Shown here piece after piece: positions 57,591-64,000 of a stretch of 64,000 bases of DNA; position 1 is the first letter of the stretch, and each line of letters starts with the position of its first letter. The stretch is from Patescibacteria group bacterium (GTDB lineage: Bacteria > Patescibacteriota > Minisyncoccia > Phycocordibacterales > Phycocordibacteraceae): assembly GCA_019752595.1 (NCBI GenBank), contig JAIELV010000001.1, positions 312,486 through 376,485 on the forward strand, in the 5' to 3' direction. Position numbers and translations under genes: made by a program. The notes under the pieces are model-generated. The model was not told the origin of the DNA. It did no database searches and worked only from the letters and a program-made list of their open reading frames with translations.

Positions 57591-57666
57591 GGCCTGGTGG
57601 CGAAGAAGCTAACGCGGCGGTCTGCAAAACCGCTATACAGGGGTGCGAATCCCCTCCAGGCCTCCA
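57591..57666 (+). tRNA. tRNA-Cys (anticodon GCA), CCA encoded
   Basis: Acceptor GGCCUGG/CCAGGCC, anticodon arm GCGGU-CUGCAAA-ACCGC, T-arm AGGGG-TGCGAAT-CCCCT, 3' UCCA. Confidence 0.85.
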
Positions 57667-57728
57667 CAAACTTTTTAGAAAGAATAAGGAATGCGTCTAG
57701 AGTTTTTTGGTATAATGCGTGTACCATT

Positions 57729-58265
57729 ATGTCGCGCAAACGTTCTTGGACGGTGGAGGAACTGAAAAAAGCTGCTGCAAGTTCAACTAGTTACCGCCAG
57801 GTCATGAAAAAACTGAATCTGCGTGCTGCGGGTGAAAATTACGCTCAACTTCAAAAGTATTTAAAAGAGAACGACATAGACACTCAACATTTCAAAGGTA
57901 TTGCCTGGAATAAAGGTTTGCGAGGAATCGGCAAACCTCAGATACCACTTGAAAAAATCCTTGTTGAGTACAGTACATATCAAAGTTTTAAACTTAAAAA
58001 GCGTTTATTTAATGCAAAGTTGAAGAAACCATCTTGTGAGGAATGTGGCTGGGCGAAAATTGCCGAAGGAGGTTATTTACCTTTAGAGCTTGACCATATC
58101 AACGGTAACAGACATGATAATCGATTAGAGAACTTGCGAGTTCTTTGCCCGAACTGCCATAGCTTAAAACCTACACATCGTGGCAGAATGGGGAGAGGAA
58201 AAACGAAAAAACCTCTAAGTCGGGATGGTGAAATTGGTAGACACGCAACACTTAAGATGTTGTGA
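57729..58265 (+). CDS. HNH homing endonuclease (phage-type, N-terminal WT..EL helix-turn-helix-like module)
   Basis: LELDHINGNRHDNRLENLRVLCPNCHS HNH motif. The upstream open frame (from 57597) overlaps tRNA-Cys; start taken at the internal ATG. The 3' end overlaps the first 47 nt of tRNA-Leu. Confidence 0.75.
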   Translation: MSRKRSWTVEELKKAAASSTSYRQVMKKLNLRAAGENYAQLQKYLKENDIDTQHFKGIAWNKGLRGIGKPQIPLEKILVEYSTYQSFKLKKRLFNAKLKKPSCEECGWAKIAEGGYLPLELDHINGNRHDNRLENLRVLCPNCHSLKPTHRGRMGRGKTKKPLSRDGEIGRHATLKML

Positions 58266-58305
58266 CCGAAAGGTCGTGTGGGTTCGATTCCCACTCCCGG
58301 CACCA
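58219..58305 (+). tRNA. tRNA-Leu (anticodon UAA), long variable arm, CCA encoded
   Basis: Acceptor GUCGGGA/UCCCGGC, anticodon arm CAACA-CUUAAGA-UGUUG, T-arm GTGGG-TTCGATT-CCCAC, 3' ACCA. Confidence 0.85.
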
Positions 58306-58312
58306 CTATAGA

Positions 58313-59842
58313 TTATCTATCATTCCCTATCCGAAACTGATACAACGTCGGCGGTAAGAAAAAATAGATAGGATTAAATTTTGCCTTAAATGTTGAAAAA
58401 CCTTTCCACGAGGAATCTTCTCCCTGCTTCCAAAAATTTCCAAGATCGATAAAACGTACTCCTGATGCAAAAGATTCCTTAAACCATTTATCAAAAAGCC
58501 CCGTCATCAAAGGCTCGTCGCGCACTTCAGGTAAGAAAAAACCACCTTGATAGTAGGACAGCGGAAGCGCGGATGAGCGTAAATGTGCCACGCCAGCGAG
58601 AATTTTTCCGTCGCGCTTTCGACGAGCGACGAGGAATGTCATTTTGGTTTTTGGGTTTTTGCGTCGAAAATCCATTTCATACAGCATTCCGTCTTTCAGT
58701 GTGAGCGGTAATGTGCTTTTGCTGTAGGCTTTTCTAAATTCGTCAAAATCAGTTTCTTCAAGTGAATACGTATCGGCGCATTCAGATGCAAAACGCTTTC
58801 GGTCTCGCTTTCCTGTTTCTGACCACTCTCGCCAATACTCTGCGGTAAGCGGTATAAACCCAATTTTATACGCAGGCTTATCTGAAAACGCAATCCATTT
58901 TTTCGGAACGTCCAAGCGTCCCATTCTCTGCCACATCACCAGCCGTACGGGCTTTTTTTTGTCGTGAGACAACGGCAGCACCTCGGGCTCATGATCTCCT
59001 TCGTATTGCTCAAAAGAAAACGGCCACAAATTCCAATAACTTCCTCGCGGTTTCTCGCCTATGCGTGCAGGATGAAAATAACGAGGAATGCTTTCAAACG
59101 TGTTCAAGTCAGGCCACTGCCGAAGTGGGCGGTACCCGTCAGTGGCACATTTCTCAACGGTACCCCTTTGAAAGAGACCGACATAATTCCAGCTAAACAG
59201 CCACTCCCTCAGTGAGTGGAAAACAGTTCGTATCGGGATAAATAATTCTTTGTTCTTATAGACGTTTGCCAGCAGATACCCCTGCGGAGAAAGTCTCTGA
59301 TGAACAACAGTAAGAAATTCCACGTCAGCAGACAATAATGATGGTTGCTGTCCGCGAAACAAATCAATAACAATGAGGTCAAATTCTTCTTGTATTTTTT
59401 GTACCGCGTTCTTTGCGTCGTCGCAGATCATCGTGGGAAACGGATACGGCGCATAGAGTTTTAATTCTTTCGCGAGTGCAATCATTTCGGGGTCATGCTC
59501 AACAACAGTAAGCGTGGCTTCGGGAAATACACGCGAAATCATTTTCAATTCCCCACCACCACCAAGGCCGAGAAGCAGTATTTTTTTAATTCGCTGAGTA
59601 CCTCGGTACCGAGTAAGCACCTCAAGCGCATACTTCCACATAGCGTGAACCTCAGACCCCGTCTGCTCAATTCCATCAACACTTACCTGCCACGAACCGA
59701 ATTTTCGAATCGCAGTAATCGTTCCGTTTTTCTCCGACTGTCGGACAATAGATTCTGAAAACCAAGACATTAATGAGCATTGTACCCGAAGCGAGTATCG
59801 ATAAAGCATTGCCTCAAACGAAAAATTAGTTACTATACACAA
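58313..59842 (-). CDS. Fusion protein: spermidine-synthase-like SAM methyltransferase/aminopropyltransferase fold (N-terminal) plus FemAB/GNAT-like acyltransferase-like domain (C-terminal)
   Basis: ILLLGLGGGGE...VVEHDP...ICDDA...DLIVIDLF spermidine-synthase-like motifs. The C-terminal ~250 aa resembles aminoacyl-transferase/FemAB-type folds. Weak. Confidence 0.5.
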   Translation of the reverse strand: MCIVTNFSFEAMLYRYSLRVQCSLMSWFSESIVRQSEKNGTITAIRKFGSWQVSVDGIEQTGSEVHAMWKYALEVLTRYRGTQRIKKILLLGLGGGGELKMISRVFPEATLTVVEHDPEMIALAKELKLYAPYPFPTMICDDAKNAVQKIQEEFDLIVIDLFRGQQPSLLSADVEFLTVVHQRLSPQGYLLANVYKNKELFIPIRTVFHSLREWLFSWNYVGLFQRGTVEKCATDGYRPLRQWPDLNTFESIPRYFHPARIGEKPRGSYWNLWPFSFEQYEGDHEPEVLPLSHDKKKPVRLVMWQRMGRLDVPKKWIAFSDKPAYKIGFIPLTAEYWREWSETGKRDRKRFASECADTYSLEETDFDEFRKAYSKSTLPLTLKDGMLYEMDFRRKNPKTKMTFLVARRKRDGKILAGVAHLRSSALPLSYYQGGFFLPEVRDEPLMTGLFDKWFKESFASGVRFIDLGNFWKQGEDSSWKGFSTFKAKFNPIYFFLPPTLYQFRIGNDR

Positions 59843-59973
59843 ATCCCGCCCACAGCTGCAGTTGGTAAGCCGCCTACGGCGTCTTGCTCCAGCTGCGCTC
59901 GGACGTCATGAGAGCAAGCTCTCGCGACGCTCCTCGCTGGCTGGAGTAGAGCAGTTTTTTAAAGTACAGATAT

Positions 59974-60046
59974 CCGCCCTTAGCTCAGTTGGTAGAGCAG
60001 CTCCCTCTTAAGGAGACGGTCGTAGGTTCGAATCCTACAGGGCGGA
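59974..60046 (+). tRNA. tRNA-Lys (anticodon CUU), no encoded CCA
   Basis: Acceptor CCGCCCU/AGGGCGG, anticodon loop CUCUUAA, T-arm GTAGG-TTCGAAT-CCTAC. Confidence 0.8.
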
Positions 60047-60484
60047 CTCGCGAAGCGAGTCCTGTAAAGAGAGCGCTGGTGGGCGCATCCTTACCCTGAA
60101 AGCCTGCCCGGTGCGCGTAGCGCCAGGCTTACAGGGCGGACTGAAGCGTAGCGTAAGGACGCCCTAGCAAGTTCGGGGAACTTGCGTGTAGGATTCGAAG
60201 ACCTTGTGAGCATTTTTTCAGAGCATGCGAATGAAAAAATCCACAAGGTGTACTGCTCCCGTAGGGAGAGAATCCTTCCCTATGTACAGGGCGGACCATG
60301 ACAAAAACGCCTCCCATGCGGGAGGTTTTTTGCTTGGTCCGCGGGCGCAGGTATATTTTTGTTTACCGAAGGTAAGGCAAAAATACCGAGCCGGGGATCG
60401 CGGAAAATCTCCGTCAGGAGATTTATCCGTGTCCGGACCGCGACGAGAGCTGTGACGACGGAGGTCCTGCCTACAGAGCGGACT
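60036..60484 (+). repeat. Four direct copies of the tRNA-Lys 3' segment TACAG(G/A)GCGGAC(U): 60036-60048 (in the tRNA), 60130-60142, 60285-60297, 60472-60484 (one mismatch), separated by hairpin-rich spacers that include a degenerate T-arm copy
   Basis: Read directly. gtaggattcgaagacc at ~60189 mimics the tRNA-Lys T-arm gtaggttcgaatcctac. Confidence 0.7.
60304..60331 (+). terminator. Hairpin cctccc-atgc-gggagg followed by T6 (intrinsic terminator-like)
   Basis: Lies within the tRNA-Lys to tRNA-Leu spacer. Confidence 0.5.
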
Positions 60485-60594
60485 TATAGTAAAGTTCCTG
60501 ATATTGTATAGAACAGTCGCTGGGGTAAGCAAAGCTTTCCTCAGCTCGTTCGAAGAACATAGAAATGCTAACATCTCTATGTTCCTTCTCACTC

Positions 60595-60675
60595 GCTGGG
60601 GTGGTGAAATTGGTAGACACGCCTGCCTTAGGAGCAGGTCCGCAAGGGTTGGAGGTTCGAGTCCTCTCCCCAGCA
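60595..60675 (+). tRNA. tRNA-Leu (anticodon UAG), long variable arm, no encoded CCA
   Basis: Acceptor GCUGGGG/CCCCAGC, anticodon arm CCUGC-CUUAGGA-GCAGG. Confidence 0.85.
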
Positions 60676-60728
60676 CAAAACAGCTAATTCCCAACAAATG
60701 TGCTACACTTAGTATAGCACAAGGTGGG

Positions 60729-61010
60729 TTAATTCCCTCCTGGAAGCCCGACGCCAGGGAAAATGGTATTCGTCGCGATACGAAGGATGGTAAAGACGGA
60801 GACCATGATAAAGAACCCAATAACTCCCCAAATCATGTGTGTTCTTCCTGTTTCGCGTGCTTTCGGGTCGTCAGATTTACTGATAAACGTAATCATACCG
60901 TTCACGAAATACCACATCGCGAGCGCGAATAACAAAAGAATTATTGGCTGTATTATGAGCCCCGTTACTTTTCCGATAAATACCGTGAGTGCGTCGTTGG
61001 GTGGATTCAT
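60729..61010 (-). CDS. TrbC/VirB2-like pilin-type small membrane protein (paralog 1)
   Basis: Two hydrophobic helices separated by a short polar loop. About 93 aa. Confidence 0.5.
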   Translation of the reverse strand: MNPPNDALTVFIGKVTGLIIQPIILLLFALAMWYFVNGMITFISKSDDPKARETGRTHMIWGVIGFFIMVSVFTILRIATNTIFPGVGLPGGN

Positions 61011-61025
61011 GCAGAAGATGAGGAA

Positions 61026-61469
61026 TTAGCGACCAGGACAACTGAGCCTTGTAGGGCCTGTGGTCATTTCAGCACCTGCAATTCTTGGTGGGTTGATTGC
61101 ACCGCCACCGACGCCAAAAGTAACTTGCAGAACGTTTACAATTCCCCAAATGGAAAGCATAACGAAGAGCACTAAAATACCGTAAATCATTATGGTGCGA
61201 CCCGCATTTTTACTTTGCGGTGTTGCTGGCTGACCGTACGCAGAATGAGCACCAGTGTCTCCACCAGTACTCAAGCTGAACATATACATTGCCAAGCCCC
61301 AGAAGAAACCAAAGAGCGCGAGCGCAACAACAATTGGTGTTGCAAGTCCTACAAGACCTCCCAACGTACACAAAACGTCTATGAGTGTATCAGCCGCAAA
61401 CACAAACTGTGGGGTCAAGAGTAACGCGAGAAGTGAAAACACAAAGCCAGAAGCGAGCGCGTTTTTCAT
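61026..61469 (-). CDS. TrbC/VirB2-like pilin-type protein (paralog 2; signal peptide + two TM)
   Basis: Signal peptide ...QFVFAAD. TM1 GGLVGLATPIVVALALFGFFWGLAMY, loop, TM2. Paralogous to 61945-62322. Confidence 0.55.
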   Translation of the reverse strand: MKNALASGFVFSLLALLLTPQFVFAADTLIDVLCTLGGLVGLATPIVVALALFGFFWGLAMYMFSLSTGGDTGAHSAYGQPATPQSKNAGRTIMIYGILVLFVMLSIWGIVNVLQVTFGVGGGAINPPRIAGAEMTTGPTRLSCPGR

Positions 61470-61505
61470 ATTTTTTAGTATATCATCACAGAAATCGAAG
61501 AAAGA

Positions 61506-61883
61506 TTACCCCTGACATTCTGTAGTGTTCATGTTGTCTACATCAAGACAGGGATCCTGCGCGGGTCTGCTGGGTGTCGGCTCATCAAGAATACTCCTTC
61601 CAGTACCCGCTGGATTTTCTTGTAACTGCTGATTTGTACCTGCACTGCCGAAGAAAGTCATCTGTAGTATCGTCAAGATGCCCGCAAGAGAGAACACGAC
61701 AAACATCCCCACAACAGACCAAAAAACGCGAGCGCGCGCCTGCTTCATTTTTTCTGGATTTGCTGAATCAAACGTCAGCATCGCCAAATTCCAGAAGAAC
61801 ACAAATAACACCAATGCTATTGGTGTACCCACAACCACGACAGAAGTCATGTTGTTAATTATTTGTGTAAGCGTCAGATCCAT
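61506..61883 (-). CDS. TrbC/VirB2-like pilin-type protein (paralog 3)
   Basis: Two TM helices, ...FFWNLAM..F.. pattern shared with the paralogs. Cys pair at the C-terminus. Confidence 0.5.
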   Translation of the reverse strand: MDLTLTQIINNMTSVVVVGTPIALVLFVFFWNLAMLTFDSANPEKMKQARARVFWSVVGMFVVFSLAGILTILQMTFFGSAGTNQQLQENPAGTGRSILDEPTPSRPAQDPCLDVDNMNTTECQG

Positions 61884-61944
61884 ATACTACGCAGTATCGG
61901 AAGCCGGCCCCTTGAAGGGGCCGGCTAGTAAAAACGTCTATACG

Positions 61945-62322
61945 TTATGGTTGCACTTGCGGTACGTCAACTCTTGGAATGTCACTCCCCTGTAGCCGTG
62001 AGTCAGAATCGTTAATGCTGAACGTCTGCTGAAGGATGTTTACGATACCCCATACCGACACCATGACGAAAAGCACCAAAAGACCATACACCATCATGTC
62101 GCGTCCTTTCTTCTTGTCTTTATCTTCACCACTGAAGTTGAGGACGTACATTGCCAAGCCCCAGAAGAACGCCATCAGGGCAAGCGCAACGATAATAGGA
62201 GTGAGTGTGCCAATCAGTTCACCAACTGTAGTGAAAACCTGGGTAAGTGTTTGAGCCGCAAATACAGAAACTGGCAGGGCCAAAAGTGCTGCAATGCTGG
62301 AAACTTTAATAAAATTCTTCAT
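61945..62322 (-). CDS. TrbC/VirB2-like pilin-type protein (paralog 4)
   Basis: Signal peptide ...VSVFAAQT. TM1 IGTLTPIIVALALMAFFWGLAMYV. TM2 MMVYGLLVLFVMVSVWGIVNILQ. Confidence 0.55.
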   Translation of the reverse strand: MKNFIKVSSIAALLALPVSVFAAQTLTQVFTTVGELIGTLTPIIVALALMAFFWGLAMYVLNFSGEDKDKKKGRDMMVYGLLVLFVMVSVWGIVNILQQTFSINDSDSRLQGSDIPRVDVPQVQP

Positions 62323-62432
62323 AGAAATACTATAAATTAAGCTATATAAAACTGATTAAGCTCTGTCTTTCAATTATACCACTTTCGCATCATCGCTGGG
62401 GCACCTGCATGCCCCGTGTGGATAGTACTTTC

Positions 62433-62804
62433 TTAGGGATTTGTTGCACCGAGCTGTTCAACTGTCAGGCGTATCGCTGTAGCAAGCGCACTTGCGCCAA
62501 GGAGTATTACCCCGCCCACAAGTGCCCAAAAAAAGTTTGAACGTACCTGTTTCAATTTATCAGGATTGCCTTCAGCCTGAACGAACTGAAAACCAATATA
62601 GACGATATACACCACAAGAATCGGAAATCCTATCTGTATGGCAAGCTGAAGCACGCGCTCCAAAAGGACGGTGAGTGTCGTGTTTTGACCAAGAGGATTT
62701 TCTAACCTCTCTGCGCCTACGATGAGAGGAACCGCGAGTACCAAAAGTGGAAGCAGGAACGCAAAGGATTTTTTTAAAAGTCGCATGAGTGTGTTGCCTA
62801 GCAC
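62433..62804 (-). CDS. TrbC/VirB2-like pilin-type protein (paralog 5)
   Basis: Signal peptide ...IVGAERL and two TM helices (FFWALVGGVILLGASALATAI). Confidence 0.5.
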   Translation of the reverse strand: MLGNTLMRLLKKSFAFLLPLLVLAVPLIVGAERLENPLGQNTTLTVLLERVLQLAIQIGFPILVVYIVYIGFQFVQAEGNPDKLKQVRSNFFWALVGGVILLGASALATAIRLTVEQLGATNP

Positions 62805-62822
62805 GTGCTAAAAACTTCCCCC

Positions 62823-64000
62823 CTATTGTAACCTAAAGAGAGCGCCGAGCTCTGATGATGCTTGAATAACAGATTGGCTGACCTCAGCTTCACCAGATGC
62901 CACCCGCTCCACCATCCTTTGAAACACTGAATCGGAGTTCGCGGGATCAGGATCGAGAAACACGAACGAGGAAAGCGCGGATTGGCGGAAAATCGATGTA
63001 TACGAATTATCCGAAGCGCTTTGTGCTTGGTCTCTGCGCACCGACGGCGTGCGTAGACTTTGAGTAAGCGCGCGATCGATTTCTGGTGTGGCCAAAGCGC
63101 GTATAACTAACAGTGCGCCGTCAGAATTTCTTGATCCGCGAGGAATGGAGAGTGAGAGCATAGTAGCCTCAGTGGCTTGGGTACCGCCACGCACCGAAGG
63201 AAGTACGCTGACGTCAAAGTTTAGATTCGGATTTGAGGCGCGTATCGGAAAAAGCTCGCTTGCTCTGCCCACATAGAGCGCCAGCCTGCCTGAAACAAAT
63301 GCATTCAATGATTCTGGTTGAGAACTATTCCACGAGTAAGAAGTTTTTACGGGGTCAGCAAAATCCGTATAAAAACGCAACGCGGAAGGCGCGGAAGGTT
63401 GCTGTCCAGCGCCTGCATCTTTCAAGACAGATACATATCCTCCTCTTTCACTTTTTGCGACGACGGGATTTCCTAACTGTCTGATGAGGCTCACCATGAG
63501 TCCTTTCGCGTGAGTAACGTTCTCCCATGTTCCCATTGCTATTCCGCTTCTTGTCAGCGTTCCCCGACTGTCAGATTTTGAAAGTGCTTCGGTTTGTGTA
63601 GTAACCTCGTCCCAATATTTCGGCGCTTGTGCGAGCCCTGCTTCCGTGAAAAACGTGCGGTTCCAGTAGAGCACTAAGGGATCTAAGCTAAACGGGACAC
63701 CGTACATGCCACTACCCGTTAAGAGCACTTCTCCTGCTTCAAGAAACGTATCCTGAAATTCACGGCGACTGTACTCTGAATATGGAATTTGTACTAATTT
63801 ATCTCCCTGAGACAGGAGGTAGGATGTCGGAAACAAGACGACGTCGGGACCGCGCCCAGCTGCAATTGCAGCGACCAATTTCGGAATAAAATCGCTCTCA
63901 CCCATCGGTTGGTACGTAACTCCTGTGTACTCATCTGAACCTCCCTGAAGCACATCGAGTGCAGGTTGCATTTCTTGTGCGGAAAGAGTGCCCCAAATGA
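62823..64000 (-). CDS. Extracellular solute-binding protein (ABC transporter SBP, family-1-like); 5' end beyond the window
   Basis: Frame stays open to the window edge (…IWGTLSAQE precedes the first in-window M). Periplasmic-binding-protein-like composition. Weak family call. Confidence 0.5.
   Translation of the reverse strand, partial: IWGTLSAQEMQPALDVLQGGSDEYTGVTYQPMGESDFIPKLVAAIAAGRGPDVVLFPTSYLLSQGDKLVQIPYSEYSRREFQDTFLEAGEVLLTGSGMYGVPFSLDPLVLYWNRTFFTEAGLAQAPKYWDEVTTQTEALSKSDSRGTLTRSGIAMGTWENVTHAKGLMVSLIRQLGNPVVAKSERGGYVSVLKDAGAGQQPSAPSALRFYTDFADPVKTSYSWNSSQPESLNAFVSGRLALYVGRASELFPIRASNPNLNFDVSVLPSVRGGTQATEATMLSLSIPRGSRNSDGALLVIRALATPEIDRALTQSLRTPSVRRDQAQSASDNSYTSIFRQSALSSFVFLDPDPANSDSVFQRMVERVASGEAEVSQSVIQASSELGALFRLQ

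Noticed and set aside
60036-60484. CRISPR array
   Set aside because: The repeats are only 12-13 nt, the spacing is irregular (94/155/187 bp), the repeats derive from the adjacent tRNA-Lys, and there are no cas genes or leader in the window.
60218-60820. 200-aa minus-strand ORF (and the overlapping 60129-60317, 60225-60455 and 60504-60932 ORFs) across the tRNA-Lys/tRNA-Leu spacer
   Set aside because: They span tRNA-Leu(UAG) and the tRNA-fragment repeat array. Their sequence is low-complexity (Arg/Ser/Pro-rich) and follows the hairpins. They are best explained as non-coding DNA.

Overview
This 64-kb window is a gene-dense chromosomal segment that I infer comes from a Candidate Phyla Radiation (Patescibacteria/Parcubacteria-like) bacterium, on family-level recognition only. 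The inference rests on several CPR-typical traits. IF-2 and DnaX are N-terminally short. The RelA/SpoT homolog is short. There are many small secreted or membrane proteins. There is a tandem array of TrbC/VirB2-like pilin paralogs.

The core genes I recognise are these:
- Replication, segregation and division: dnaX, topA, dprA, parB, ftsQ.
- Translation and tRNA modification: serS, infB, rbfA, rpmG (found by direct reading; too short for the ORF track), miaA, dus.
- Protein quality control and Fe-S: clpB, iscS-like.
- Pyrimidine/amino-acid/cofactor metabolism and stress: pyrD, pyrF, pyrE-like, argH, an archaeal-type AsnA-like class II aaRS paralog, peroxiredoxin, 5-formyltetrahydrofolate cyclo-ligase.

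I found nine tRNAs by eye: Gln, Leu(CAA), Trp, Tyr, Cys, Leu(TAA), Lys, Leu(TAG), and the Gln 3' duplicate. Only Tyr, Cys and Leu(TAA) encode CCA.

Accessory content:
- A DUF1801/YdeI/DUF1905/HAD cluster sits downstream of tRNA-Gln (1.2-5.6 kb).
- A copper/metal-homeostasis locus spans 33.9-43.4 kb. It carries csoR, a CPC-type P-type ATPase, an HXXEE protein, a CDF transporter, an HMA-permease, cupredoxin-like proteins, DUF3105 and DsbA. A perfect 28-bp CsoR-type operator palindrome lies upstream.
- A 4-kb segment carries an SDR reductase, a SIS-like protein and a kinase-like protein. Most of a large serine recombinase gene also lies within it. Imperfect 148-bp inverted repeats bound it, and the right-hand repeat ends exactly inside the 3' end of tRNA-Tyr (44.3-48.7 kb).
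- Free-standing LAGLIDADG and HNH endonuclease genes are wedged between rbfA, tRNA-Cys and tRNA-Leu.

Three different tRNAs (Gln, Trp, Lys) are followed by direct duplications of their own 3' ends within 100-450 bp, with hairpin-rich spacers. These look like att-site remnants or tRNA-fragment decay products. A 22-bp AT-rich palindromic core recurs in two convergent intergenic gaps. I saw no rRNA and no CRISPR. All calls come from reading the sequence and six-frame translations by eye; no searches were run.
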